Assembly (NCBI GenBank): GCA_951406725.2
Contig: OX597831.1
Span: 28,706,001 to 28,770,000, forward strand
DNA length: 64,000 nt
Direction of reading: 5' to 3'
From: Octopus vulgaris
Lineage: Eukaryota
Positions 1 to 13,944 of the stretch are shown here, in pieces. Both the position numbers and the translations under genes were made by a program. Under the pieces are notes generated by a model. The model was not told the DNA's origin. It was given only the letters and a program-made list of their open reading frames with translations, and made no database searches. Position 1 is the first letter of the stretch. Every line of letters starts with the position of its first letter.

Positions 1-128
1 GTATGTAACTGGTGCTTATTTTATTGACACCGAAAGGATGAAAAGAAAAGTCGGCCTCGGCGGAATTTGAACTCGGGACGTAAAGACTGACGAAATACCG
101 CTAAGCATTCTGCCAGTTCGCCGCCTTA
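1..128 (-). mobile_element. SINE family B (Meta-domain-like), partial
   Basis: Reverse complement of the ggcggcga.ctggcagaa...gagttc(a)aattccgccgaggtcgactttgcctttcatcctttcggggtcga family seen many times in the window. Confidence 0.8.
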
Positions 129-948
129 GAGCCGGAAGAAAAGTTGCTAAGCATTTTGTTCGACTCGCTAATGATTTTATCAGCTCGCCGTCTTATAAGC
201 GGTAGGTTTGTGGATTAAGGAAGTTAAACAGCTGCTGATGAAGCTCCAGAGTTGGTATATACGGCAATATGCAGCTGTGTTTGTACATATTTTGTACATA
301 ACCATAATGTTTTACAATTATTACAACGTTCCGTGTTGACTAAAACAAAATCTATAGATACGCGATATGCCCTGCAGTATATCATAACAAGAAAATGAAG
401 CTCCTTTAAGCCGCTACCAATCTAATAAACATTTGTGTGCTCAAAGCGATGTAAGATATTATCAAGTCGATTAAAATTATGTTGAACAAGTTCTTTTTAC
501 ATAAACGTAGGTTCCCATGGCAGCGATGATATATATGACCTTGTAGGTCTTTATATCTTAGAAGTACTCACTAAGAAATTTGCGACGACAGATTCTGTCC
601 TTCACTGCCACACCGGGTTAACTATGATAAAAAGCATTAACTATCATGTTTGAGAAAAATAAATCAAGACAACACACACATATCTATCACTTTCTTCTTT
701 AAAAGAACTATAGCCGTTAATCCTTACCTAGAGCTGTGTTGATGTGACAATCGATTTAACAACTAGCTTACATAAACGTTTCAGAAAGCCAAGCAAATAA
801 CTTCCTTATATGAATGTAGTATCCGGTAACGACATCTCCGCTTAATTCTTAAGAAGCTCATGAATAATATTAGGAGAGCAATTTCCAGTTTGTCATCTAA
901 AAAGCTCAACGCCATTCTTTTAAAAATGCTAATAGTTTATTACTCTGT

Positions 949-1258
949 GGAGGCGCAATGGCCCAGTGGTTAGGGCAGCGGATTCGCGGTCGGAGGATCG
1001 CGGTTTCGATTCCAAGACCGGACGTTGTGTGTGTTTATTGAGCGAAAACACATAAAAGCTCCTCGAGTCTCCGGCAGGGGTTCGTTATGACCCCTGTTGT
1101 ATTCTTTCGCCACAACTTTCTCTCACTCTCTCTTCCTGTTTCTTGAGTAACGCTGCGATGGACTAGCGTCCCGTCCAGCTGGTGGGGGGGGGGACACATA
1201 CGCCACAGAAACCAGAAAACCGGGCCCCATGAGCCTGGCTAGGCTTGAAAAGGGCGAC
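949..1258 (+). mobile_element. tRNA-derived SINE family C
   Basis: Head ggaggcgcaaTGGCCCAGTGGttagggcagcg...GGTTTCGATTCC carries Pol III A and B boxes; related copies at 8750-8990 (-) and 45898-46285 (+). Confidence 0.8.
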
Positions 1259-1598
1259 GTTTATCGTTATTACTCTACATCTATATCATCCACTATATTT
1301 TGATATAACGCGATACAGACTCAAACATACACACGCGCGCGCGCGCACACACACACGCACACACATGTATATATACATATTCTTTTATTCTTTTACTTGT
1401 TTCAGTCTGCAGCCATGCTGGAGCAACGCCTCTAGTCGAACAAATCGACTTCAGAACTTATTCTTTGTAAGCCTAGTACTTATTCTATCGGTCTCTTTTG
1501 CCGACACAAACGTATATATTTTTATTAATACTTAGTTGAGGCAACAGAATGATTCAAGGGCCAAGAGTTTCGTACGTCAGCACTTATCAAGCCTATAA

Positions 1599-1665
<67 letters not shown>

Positions 1666-1748
1666 TATGTATGTATTATGTATGTACACACATATAACTA
1701 CATATATAAGTCTCTGTAAACATATGTATCTATCTATACATACGTACA

Positions 1749-1810
<62 letters not shown>

Positions 1811-1963
1811 CATATAATATTTTCATAAACAAATCTGAAAGGAACAGTGTAAGCGTCAATTTGTGGGTTCGATTCACCCTGCGGTAAGCATATCATTTTT
1901 CGGTCATTTGTTTATATTTAAAAATTGTCGCTTCAAATCGGAGAAAAAATATTATTATGATGT

Positions 1964-2028
<65 letters not shown>

Positions 2029-2034
<6 letters not shown>

Positions 2035-2287
2035 TGGTGCATAATTATTGCGGCTTTTTTATCAACAAATTTTATTCAGCAAAAATAATAACAATAGTTA
2101 ACAAAAGCATCTTTAAATGACGGTCAGACCGTCTGCCAAGCAAATGGGAAGCAATAATTGAAGTAGATGATGAATATGCTCCGGAATAATCATATAAAGA
2201 TGCTTTTGTTACATGTTGCTATTGTTTTTGTTGAATAAAATTCGTTGCGAAAAAAGAAAAAACCGCAATAATTATGCTCCAACCCAA
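2029..2287. mobile_element. Mariner-derived palindromic MITE
   Basis: TIRs gggttggtgcataattattgcgg / ccgcaataattatgctccaaccca extend to about 90 bp of imperfect inverted arms. The spacer encodes a transposase-like C-terminus (DRLPSKWEAIIEVDDEY). TA at the right flank. Confidence 0.8.
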
Positions 2288-2611
2288 TATATATAATACT
2301 TATATGCAGCGTTTGTGCTCCAACATGGCCGCAACCACATAGCTGAAATCAATTTAAAAAATTAAAAGAGTACAAAACATGGATACATATATGTGCGTGA
2401 GTACGGAGTGTAGTGATGTGAAATGGTGGTGGCCGTGGTGGTGGAGTGGGAATACAGTGTATTTTGGTGTAAAATGTGTTATGTGATATAGTGTAGCTGT
2501 AGTGTTGTACTATGATGTAGTATGCTTTAGTAATGGTCTCCAAGCCAATACAGTGTATCTATATATCCGTCTGCCTGTCTTTATGTATGTATGCTCTCTT
2601 TCTCTTTCTCT

Positions 2612-3008
2612 TTCTCTTTTACTTGTTTCAGTCATTTTGACTGCGGCCATGCTGGAGCACCGCCTTTAGTCGATCAAATCGACCCCGGGACTTATTCTTT
2701 GTAAGCCCAGTACTTCTATCGGTCTCTTTTGCCGAACCGCTAAGTGACGGGGACGTAAACACACCAGCATCGGTTGTCAAGCAATGCTAGGGGGACAAAC
2801 ACAGACACACAAACGCACACACATATATATATATATACATATATACGACAGGCTTCTTTCAGTTTCCGTCTACTAAATCCACTCACAAGGCATTGGTCGG
2901 CCCGGGGCTATAGCAGAAGACACTTGCCCAAGATGCCACGCAGTGGGACTGAACCCGGAACCATGTGGTTGGTTAGCAAGCTACTTACCACACAGCCACT
3001 CCTGCGCC
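2612..3008 (-). mobile_element. SINE family A (about 400 bp, tRNA-like head, internal microsatellite)
   Basis: Near-identical to copies at 47743, 48700, 54785 and 60523. Head ggcgcaggagtggctgtgtggtaag...ggttcagtcc, tail gactgaaacaagtaaaagag. Confidence 0.9.
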
Positions 3009-3504
3009 TATGCTCTCTGTAAACTAAAAGAAAATACAAGTAATTCATTAGTTGGAGTTATTCCAATATTTCCGTCATTCAATTTGGTTAGAATGTTTAT
3101 ACCGAAAGGTCGTTGTTTGTGAGTCGATGTAGAGTGGAGTTCAGTAGAGTGCAGTGTAATGTAGCTTAAAATGAATGTTGTATCGGAAGGCGGCGAGCTG
3201 GCAAAATCTTTAACAGACAAGACATAATGCTTAGCAGCGTTTAAATAAATACACACACACACACACACACACATTGACACACTCGCGTATATAAATGTGT
3301 GTGTGGGCGGCTCTTTATTTAATATTACGAACTCTAAAGAGAGAGATAGACTCAGTCTCTAGATGCCTGACGAGCTAGGTTCGTCCTACGATCCTACGAA
3401 ACTTAAAGCTGAATGTAACTGAGTCTGACTGTTATTAAATAATATATGTAACTCTACCAAATGTGTTTCGTTTCTCCTCCAGAAACCATTAATCCAGGCA
3501 CGTT

Positions 3505-3691
3505 TTTTTCTCTCTCTCCGTTCCTTACTCTCTCCCTGTTTCCTTTCCTTATTCCTTTCTGGAGAAGAGTGTCGGCTCGAAATGTCAAAGACTCTTCCGT
3601 TTGTCCTAAGCGTCGAAATAATGTAATATTGATTATCGTTCCTTCACCTGTCTCTGGCTTCCGTGTTTTTTGTTTTCTGAACTATTTTGAA

Positions 3692-3692
<1 letters not shown>
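3505..3692 (+). mobile_element. Short pyrimidine-rich element with decayed minimal hammerhead (Penelope pLTR/retrozyme-like)
   Basis: cttt-CTGGAGA-agagtgtcggctc-GAAAT-GTC-aaag at 3555-3590; same layout as 17497-17687 and 39220-39405; ends directly on (AT)n. Confidence 0.55.
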
Positions 3693-3733
<41 letters not shown>

Positions 3734-4691
3734 GTGCTCGCACACGCATACATACATACATATATACATACATACATACATACATACATACATACATACA
3801 GACAGAAACACTTTCATCCCAAAACAAAAATATGGATTCATAGGGAGACGGACGTCTAGGTAGATGAATAAATATGTGTGTATGTATTCATGTATGATAT
3901 ATACGTGTGTATTTGCGTGCATGTGTTTGTGTGTGTATGTGTGTGTGTATGTGTGTGTGTGTGTGTGTGTGTTTGTTCGTGCGTATTTGTGTGTGTATGT
4001 GCGTGTGTGATACAATAGGTCGGTAAGACTAGTTGGTAGATCACTAAGTAGGTTGTTAGGTAAATAGACATATATGTAGACAGACAAGTAGATAAATAGA
4101 TAGGCCGGTGGGACGGTATTACCAGGTCGCATATATTCACTACATATGTATCAGCTAAGCCATACAATAAATCTAGTTATCACATACACACACACCACAA
4201 TGTGTGACAATGGAAGTATGTGGGGGGAGGCTGTACCTTTCCTGTTGTTCTATATAATAATCGATATCACAGGAGTTGTAGTAGTACCAATAGTATTTGC
4301 TGTTTCATTGCTCATTTATTGTACTCATCACTATAAATACACACATCTTGTACCTCTTTCCTCTCTCTCTCTCTTCCACATTCTCTCTCTCCTCTCTCTT
4401 TCACTCTCACCTCCTTCCTTCTTTCTTCTTTTTTCTCTGTCTCCTCCTTCACCCTACCTACCTCGCTCTGAATCTCCTCTGTATCCCTCCATCATCCTCG
4501 CTATAGTCCATTTCCTCTCTCCTTTCGTCTTTGTCTCTCTCTCCTCTCTTGCCTCTCTTCATCTCTCTTTCTCCCTCTTTTCCTTTCTCTCTGTCTCTTT
4601 CTCTCTCTCTCTCTCTCCACCTTGATATATTCATCCACTCATCCAATCTTTCTATCGTTCCTCATAACCTCGCTATCTTTCTGCTCTTACG

Positions 4692-4797
<106 letters not shown>

Positions 4798-5239
4798 CGT
4801 GTGTGTGTGTGTGTATGTGTGGGTGTGTGACTCATTCGCTCTTTCGTCACATCACTACCGAACTCTTAATCCATCACTCCACAGCAACACCACACCACGA
4901 CACAGTAAATACGCCAGGCCTTCGCACCACCAAAAGGTCACTACACCACGCTTTCACACTAGCACATCATCGCAACACCTCACCTCCATGCCAGAACATT
5001 AGTATAACATCATCCACCACATGACCTCAGTAACACACTTCTACACCATGACACCGCCACCACCAATGACATCACACCGACACCGCCACCACCATGACAC
5101 TGCGCACCACTGCCATCATACCCACGCCACCACGCCATGACATAGTCACACGAATAAGTGATTATACACCACTGCCGCCATTACATCACAATTCGCTCAC
5201 TTCACACCACAACATGGATACTACACCAAACACCCTACC

Positions 5240-5420
5240 TATTTCTTTACTACCCACAAGGGGCTAAACACAGAGAGGACAAACAAGGACAGACAAACGG
5301 ATTAAGTCGATTATATTGACCCAGCGTGTAACTGGAACTTAATCTATCGACCCCGAAAGGATGAAAGGCAAAGTCGAGCTCGGCGGAATTTGAACTCAGA
5401 ACGTAACGGCAGACGAAATT
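5240..5420 (-). mobile_element. SINE family B, one internal unit
   Basis: Matches the unit repeated at 19185-19718 and 27790-28188. Confidence 0.85.
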
Positions 5421-5904
5421 TAACACCAAACAACCTTGCCATCACAGAATCATGTCTCGACGCTGTCACAACACCTTACACCACAGCGTGGTTACACAAC
5501 ACCTCATAAACCACACCGGTACACCATTTCATCCCCCACATATATACACACAACACCGCATTGCACTCGATACGGGAATGAAAACCCGAAATAAAACATG
5601 GCGCATCGTTTTATTAAAGTCGGAACTTATCTAAAACAGGCCAAAATAAACAATACATACCAGTCTAGCCAAATAACGGGTTTATTGATGTAATTATTAA
5701 ATATGGATATAAATATTAATTAATTTCAGTTGATTATTATTTATAACTGTATTTCTGTATGTTTGTTAATATTCACTGTTTGTGTGTCTCACTTAAAACA
5801 GGTCTATGTCAATATATAGGTGTTTGTTTTGTCTGGAACCTGTTTTACGTTACGCGGTTTCCTTGTGATACGTCCTATTTGAAATGTAACATACGCGCGC
5901 GCAC

Positions 5905-5965
<61 letters not shown>

Positions 5966-6061
5966 TATATATGTGCATGCAGACATATATATATATATAT
6001 ATATGAATCTATATATATATATATATACACACACGTACATATATATACATATATATGTTTG

Positions 6062-6100
<39 letters not shown>

Positions 6101-6308
6101 CATATATTTATATATATATATATACATTTATATGTATATACATACGTGTACATGTACATATGCATATACATGTATAGATAAGTATATGTAAACATATCTG
6201 TATATGTATAGATATGTGTAAATATATATATATGTGCACGTTATATACATACATATATATATATACATACGCATTACACACTCACACACACACGCACGCA
6301 CACACACA

Positions 6309-6382
<74 letters not shown>

Positions 6383-6404
6383 TAGATAGATAGATAGATA
6401 GATC

Positions 6405-6476
<72 letters not shown>

Positions 6477-6639
6477 TAACTGCATGCATGTGTATATGTA
6501 TCTATATTCTGTTTCAATTTCCATTAATCTCCAATAATCCTTTCTTCCCAGTAGAGCATTATTATCTCAGAACCGAGTTATATATTCTTATATCAACATA
6601 TATCAATGGCGGAAGCTATGAGAGTAGTCTCTAAGAGGT

Positions 6640-7050
6640 CACGAGACTTGCTGAAAATAGCAGTCAGATTATCCCTCAAATCACACTGCTATTTATAAAT
6701 AAAATGTAAAAAAAAAATATGATGGATATGTTGAAGAATGCAACCGCTAGCATATAGTAAGTGGGGATTGTTATGGCTGAAATGTCTTCAATAAACGATG
6801 TCTGCTCGATTAAAACTCACCCGGGACAAACCACCAGCGATAACAATATGTTAGGACATTCGATCTGCTAGGAAGAGCAGCTAGATAACCGTCAATGAAC
6901 ATTCATATCCTACCGACTTAACGAATGGTAGGTTGCATCGGGCAGTGCATATCTTAGTGTGCCAAAAAGGCGGGATGGTCACGGCTAGAAAATCTTTGAT
7001 CGAAGGTTTGTTTGACGGCCAGACTGGTTGCTAAACAACAAAACAGTAAG
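6640..7050 (+). repeat. Two adjacent diverged copies of an interspersed repeat (SINE-like tail)
   Basis: Both show tgct.g/aa.agcag...ggat.gt.a.ggct.gaa.t.tt.at.a.g.t.tg.tcga; similar sequence at about 52535-52700 (+) and 25500-25560 (-). Confidence 0.45.
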
Positions 7051-7322
7051 AACAAAAGCAACAACAATGACAACGGCACATCAATGATCCACAAGAACAA
7101 CAGCTCAATAAAGCACAGAGAAGATGTATTGTTGCGCCCTTGTTATTCAAACATCATCGCTTTTTTATTGGAAGTGAATTTAGACAGGTTTTTTTTGTTG
7201 TTTATTTTCGTTTCTTTGTTCGTATCAAGGCCCAAAGAAAACGAGCGAACAACAACAACAACAGCAACAGACGCAGCAGCAGTAGTAACAACAACAGTAG
7301 CAGCAGCAGCAACAAAAACTAC

Positions 7323-7405
<83 letters not shown>

Positions 7406-7421
7406 TAATAATAATAATAAT

Positions 7422-7474
<53 letters not shown>

Positions 7475-7483
7475 TAATAATAA

Positions 7484-7577
7484 GAGCATCACAACAAATC
7501 ACGGCACATACCCAAGGCACACAGAGCTGCGCTCGGTAGTGAAGTGAAAGCACGCTATAAAAATAAAACTACTGAAT
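7484..7577 (+). mobile_element. 3' end of an R4/Dong-like LINE embedded in (AAT)n
   Basis: gagcatcacaacaaatcacggcacatacccaaggc matches the reverse complement of 39418-39455, the 3'UTR of the larger R4/Dong fragment; (AAT)n on both sides. Confidence 0.75.
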
Positions 7578-8199
7578 AAAAATAATAATAATAATAATAA
7601 TAACAACAACAACAATGAAAATAATAACAATAATAACAATAATAATAATGATAATGATAATAATAAAGCACAAAAATTAGTATTTTTATTATTGTTATTA
7701 TTATTATTATTATTATTATTAGAACAACGTATATGTTACGTAAGGCATTATCAATTCAATGGAATAGCTCACGATTCGATAGAATATCTCAAATTGAATA
7801 ATCTTCACACAAAACACACACATCTCTCCATACAATAAGCATCTAACAATTTGCAACAAAGTTAAGTCACGCAACATTATACTTTACAAGATTACGGCCC
7901 GATAAAAACGACACTCTTCACATTACACACACCACACACGAGAGAACATAGATCAGAATAACAACGAACTGAATCAAACTGGTGCAGGATTCCAACAGGA
8001 GGAGTTTACACTCCTCCAATCAACATAAAAATAAGAATACAATGCTACACACATCTCAGGAACATGGTGGTGCATCATAGTGTGAAGCAGAAACTCGCAT
8101 GAAACAGCGAAAGGAAAACTTTTCATAATACCCATAGTACCTTACGTATTTTACGTGAAGCGCAATCTTAGTGTTATCATAATTTTTTTCTTTTTCTAA

Positions 8200-8600
8200 G
8201 GCAGCGAGTTGGCAGAAACATTAGCACGCCGGGCGAAATGCGTAGCTGTATTTTGTCTGCCGTTACGTTCTGAGTTCAAATTCCGCCGAAGTCGACTTTA
8301 TCTTTCATCCTTTCGGGGTCGATGAATTAAGTACCAGTTACGCACTGGGGTCAATGTAATCGACTTAATCCGTTTGTCTGTCCTTGTTTGTCCCTTCTGT
8401 GTTTAGCCCCTTGTGGGTAGTAAAGAAATAGGTATTTCGTCTGTCTTAACGTTCTAATTTCAAACTCCGCCGAGGTCGACTTTGCCTTTCATCTTTCAGA
8501 GTCGATAAATTAAATACCAGTTGCATACTGGGGTCGATCTAATCGACTGGCCCCCTCCCCCCAAAATTTTCGAGCCTTGTGCCTTGAGTAGAAAAGAGTT
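8200..8600 (+). mobile_element. SINE family B, dimeric form
   Basis: Head ggcagcgagttggcagaaac followed by two copies of the ccgccga.gtcgacttt..ctttcatc..ttc.g.gtcgat...taccagtt unit. Confidence 0.85.
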
Positions 8601-8749
8601 CTTTTTCATTCTACACATAGGGTTTTGGTTTCAATTGCATGGTATCTCACCTGTTTGTACGTTTAAGGGCAGAAACTTGTCCTTTGGTCTCTTAGGTGGA
8701 GACTTGAGTGCATCTTGTATAAGTTAAAGCAAACGCTAGACATACTTGT

Positions 8750-8990
8750 AATAATCACCGTGATCACCATGACCGACCTGGCTATCAGATGTTGCTATAC
8801 ATCGCTGGTCACAATGCGTTTCGCATTATTTTAGCCTTCAAATAACGCCACCCCACTGACTAAGCGAGCTGGCCAACAGAAGAAAGAGTGAAAGAAAGTT
8901 GAGGCGAAAGTGTACAGCAGGGATCCCCCCCCCCCTGCCGGAGTCTCGTGGGGCTTTTAGGTGTTTTCGCTCTATAAATACTCACAACGC
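8750..8990 (-). mobile_element. SINE family C, 5'-truncated
   Basis: Reverse complement shares gagcgaaaacac.taaaagc.cc.cgag.ctccggcagggg with 949-1258; its 3' part recurs at about 37795-37900. Confidence 0.7.
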
Positions 8991-9399
8991 AAGTAAGACA
9001 TCTTGGTCATCTGCTGCATCCGTCTCTATCCCCAATCACCTTGATCTTGTGTTAACACTGGACTGAAGTTGGTCACAGATAAGAGAGTGAGTTTGATGAT
9101 GCATATCTCTTCTTTACTTTAAACAAATCACCACACAAGTCATAAGTCATCGTTAAGGATGACTAGATGCTCAGACGGACGAACAGGATGTGTGTGCATG
9201 TGTGTGTATGTGTGTGTGTGCGTGTGCGTGTGTGTATTTGTGCCATGAGTAGAAAGTGGTCACAGCCTGTCTCAACCACATTCTATGCTTTACAGTCTTA
9301 TAGCAATGACTTCAACTTTTCCTGAATAAAAATGTGATCTATCCCATTGAGAGTCTAGAATTCATGTGAGACCCATGTAACCCCAATATCTATGATCAC

Positions 9400-9960
9400 G
9401 TGACCATTTATTGTACTGTGCGACAATAGCTACAATCCTCATACATTTTATTTTCCCAAGACCATAGCTATAGTTCTCGTCACATTTGACCAATTCTTGC
9501 GCTGGTCTTCTGTTTCCTTAACGTTGAAACCCCCAACGATGATGTTAAGCTGTTTCATGGCAACTGGCTCATTTTATTTTGTAGCTCGCCATAGAATTCA
9601 TTTGGCACTTTATCAATGTAATTTGAGATTGGGGCATAGAATTAGGTGATGGTTACCATTCCATCACTGACATCGAAAGAGATAGTCATTAAATCTGACA
9701 GTCGTAAGATTTAATACATTTTGCGAATTACTTTTCTACAATAATAGCCACTCCTTGCCAGAAGGGACTCCTTCCAAGTCCTCTGTTTTACGTGGAAAAA
9801 AATGGCATTCTTTTCGACTTCAGATACTTGCAAATTCCTTCTGTCCCAATCTGTTGAAGACGCTAATAACACGAATTTTGAAATTCGCCATTTCATTGAC
9901 AGGTAATTCTAGCTATTTGTTACCAAGCATTCTACCATTCCACGTGGCAATTTTCTAGGC
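9400..9960 (-). mobile_element. Degenerate LINE APE endonuclease (RTE-like)
   Basis: Minus strand reads IATWN...GVAIIVEK...FYAP...IIVGGFN...YGLG across stops and frameshifts, the motif order of LINE AP endonucleases. Confidence 0.65.
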
Positions 9961-10067
9961 TCGCAGACACACAGACATACACACTCCTTCTCCCTCTCCT
10001 TCTTCTCTCTTTCTCTCTTCCCCTCTCCCTATTCTTTCTCTGTCTCTGTCTGCCTCTCACTCTCTCA

Positions 10068-10110
<43 letters not shown>

Positions 10111-11383
10111 GCACTTGTTACTAAGATTCATTACAAGGCTTGTGCTCCCGTGGGGATTAAACGTTTTAAATTTTGGAGGGAATAAAAGACCTCTGGGACT
10201 GTTTCTCTTCCAATAAGGTAGTCAGATGATGACTGTAGCGTTTAAGAATAACTTCATTTACTCCATTTCTTGGATATGACCCTACATTCTTCTCCTTCTC
10301 ATATAAACGTTGTTTTCTTTTTTATATTCCAGGGCACCACCCAAATTTGATTTCAGTCACATTGCTTAATCCCACTATTATTGTTCAGTAGGAAGAGGCC
10401 CCCTACTTCGTGCATTTTGTACTCCTTTCCTTTCCGCAGATCAATTTTCTTCTCTCTTTCCTTTTCTTTCCTCCGCTATAGTCAGCCATTCATCAACCAC
10501 TTCTATTCTTTTTTTTTATTTTCCCCATTTGGTTCATGTTAAGGGAGATAAATCTGGGTCATCGACTTCTGATCCTGGAGACGAGACAAAATATTCGACC
10601 AAGGAAACCAGGAAACCAGGAAACCAGGAAACCCTATGAGCCAGGCGTGGCTCGAGAAAGAACAAAGAGTCATGTATTTCGCGTATATTTCACTCATTCA
10701 TACTTTGTAGCATGCTTTCATTGGGAGACGTCCGACGTAATATCTTGACCTATGGATCAACTTGATTTATAAGCCAAGCAGATACTCCTGTGCATTCTGC
10801 CGCAATTCATGGCGTTTATATAATTCCGATCACCGGTTCCTTTACTTTCCACACAGATAAACAAACCGCAGGAATTTAGAGGAATACTTTTAAATATTAA
10901 TGATCTCAAGGCACACAGCAATTCGTTATACAACCATAATATACTATAATGCATATTAAACGATTTTATCAGTCAATACCAACAAATACTTTTAAAAGCG
11001 AAGTGGACATAATAGTCTTAGCTAAAGTAAAAAGGTGCTTTGTTCAGCTTTAATGTGTTGAGTATGTTCCTATACAGAAAGTAAAACACCTGATGACGAT
11101 CGGAGGTGTAGTATTGACGTGTATGTAAACATACAAATATACCTCTGTCTGTCTGTTTGTCTGTTTCTCTGTCTGTCTGTCTTTCTTTTTGTCTCTGTCA
11201 GTCTGTCTGTCTCTCGCTTCGTATATATATATATACATATATAAAGAGAAATGGGGATATGTATATAAATATGCATATGTGTGTGTATAAGTGTGTGCAT
11301 GTGTATATATGTATGTATATGTGTGTCGGTGTAGAGAGCTGGATTAATGTGTGTGTACGAGTGTATATGCATGTTTGCGTATA

Positions 11384-11418
<35 letters not shown>

Positions 11419-11600
11419 ATGCGTGTTTTTTCATCTGTGTGTGTGTGTGTGTGTGTGTGCATGCGTGTATGTGTATATATGTGTGTGTGTGTGTGTGTTT
11501 GTATGTGGGCTGGCATTATGTGTGCATGTGTACGTACATGTGTGTATGCGTGTATATAAACGTGATCATCCACACAGTTTCACACACACACACACACAGT

Positions 11601-11642
<42 letters not shown>

Positions 11643-13214
11643 TGTGCGCGCGTTCTCGTACACAACTTTTCTCTTGTCAAAAGTGACACAACACATAATT
11701 CTTTTTTTTTTCAGAGATTGAAATTAAGAAAATAGTGGCATTGTGTTTGCTACTTGAAGTTGGTGGTAGTCATGGTGGTGGTGGTGGTGGTGGTGGCACT
11801 CACGGTGGTAGCGACGGTGGAGGCGACTGCGGCAGTGGAGCTGGCTGCGTTGAAGGTGGTGGTGATGGTGGTGGTGGTGGTGGTGGGGCTGGTGACGTGT
11901 CTTCGTGTTCAAGGAGTCTGATCTGTTGTTATCTTAGTATTGTGGTGTTTAGTTGTGTTTCTACAACAATTCATCTCTATTCCTCTCAGATAAAATATTT
12001 TAAAAAAAACTGCCAACAGCCAACCATGGCAGCAGAATCGAAACATAGAATGGAATCTCTGTTCATTTGCATATCTAGTTGTTGTTGGCCATGGATGTGT
12101 GTATGTGTGTACATGTGTCTGTGTGTGTGTGTGTGTATGTGTGTACATGTGTCTCTGTGTGTGTGTGTATGTGTGCGTATATGCGTGAATATGTATGTTC
12201 ACTGGTTTTTTGTGCATCTGTATGTGCTTGTGTGCGCATGCCTGAACGCGTTCTTGTGTGTCTGTGCGTGTGTACGTGTGTGCGTGCGTGAATATATGTG
12301 TGTGTGTGCGTGCATGTTATGTGTGTGTTTGTCAGTGTGTTCATGTGTATATATGTATGTATATGTGTGTCGGTGTAGAGGTCTGGATTAATGTGTGTGT
12401 ATGAGTGTATATGCATGTTTGCGTATATGCGCGTGTGTGTGTGTGTCTGCATGTTATGTGTGTGTCAATGTGTGCATGTGTATATATGTATGTATGTGTG
12501 TGTGTGTGTCGGTGTAGAGGGATGGATTAATATGTGTGTACGTGTGTATGTGCATGCTTACGTATATGCGTGTGTGTGTGTGTACGTGTGTATGTGCATG
12601 CTGCGTATATGCGTGTGTGTGTGTGTGTGCATACATATGTATGTGTGTGTGTATATATATGTATGTGTGTTTGTGTGTAGGCTGACATTGTGTGTGCGTG
12701 CGTACGTACATGTGTGTGTGCGTGCGTACGTACATGTGTGTATGCGCGTTTATATGCGTGTGTGTCTGTGTGAAAGGCCACCAGGGAATATGCGTGCGTA
12801 CGCGTGTGAATGCATGTGTGCTTGTGTGCGTTTTTAAGTATATGTGTATGTGTATATGTGTATGTGTGGACGTTCGCCTTTGTGTGTGTCTGTGTGTGTG
12901 GCTGCACGTACGTGCGTGAGTGCGTGTGTGCGTATTTTTTAAAGTGTAGTTTGGTATTTCTAAAATTGTAGGCTGAATGTCATTCTTACTCCTACTTCTA
13001 CGATCACCGCCAACACCGATACCCTCAACCCCCTACTACCACCACTTACATAACTAACACCAATACAACTCGCACCGCTTCCACTACCACCACCACCACC
13101 ACCACCACTATCACCATAACTACCACCATCACCATCACTACTTTTCCCACCACCACCACCACTACTTTCTTAGCATCTATCCCTTTCATTTCCACCACCG
13201 TACTACTGCTGCTG

Positions 13215-13266
<52 letters not shown>

Positions 13267-13586
13267 GACTACCACCACCACCACCACCACCTCCACCACC
13301 ACCACCACCACCACCACCACTACCATCACCGCCACTATCAACACATGCTAGTGTATTAGTTACCTCAAAGTAAAATGGGGGAAAAATTGAAGGATGTGGT
13401 ATATTTAGTTGCCATTGTTAGCAGATCGACCGACCTACAGCAGCATAGACTCGCCCCTTATCACACTTCTTCTTACGGGCAAAAGTGGAGAGCTTCAGTT
13501 ACAACACACCATCACACACACCAACATAAATATACCACGCACACACACACACAGAGGCACACACACACATACATATACATATATAC

Positions 13587-13621
<35 letters not shown>

Positions 13622-13944
13622 CACTTGTGAAAATACCAAAGCTACACACAACAACCCCCACATGATAAAAAATAAACAGTATAAAATGTAGTAAGAAAAA
13701 TCGAGCATTCCTAGAACAGTCAAGGGTACCACATTTGGTCACGACATTACGAAAGAATAACATTAGTGTACGCCAGAGATACTCAACCACTTTTTACCCT
13801 TAGATCTCCTTGGTTCCTGTTTTATTCAATGTTTAAATAAAAATCCTATTATATTGTAATAATTAAATATTAGGGATTGTATAAAAAAAAACATTGTTAA
13901 AACATTTTGTGTGTTGTAGAGGTATACTCTCTTTACTCTCCCTT

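Noticed and set aside
949-1025. tRNA genes at SINE heads (also 22700-22780, 45898, 47527, 49735, 53697)
   Set aside because: A and B boxes are present but there is no intact cloverleaf, and each runs into a repeated SINE body.
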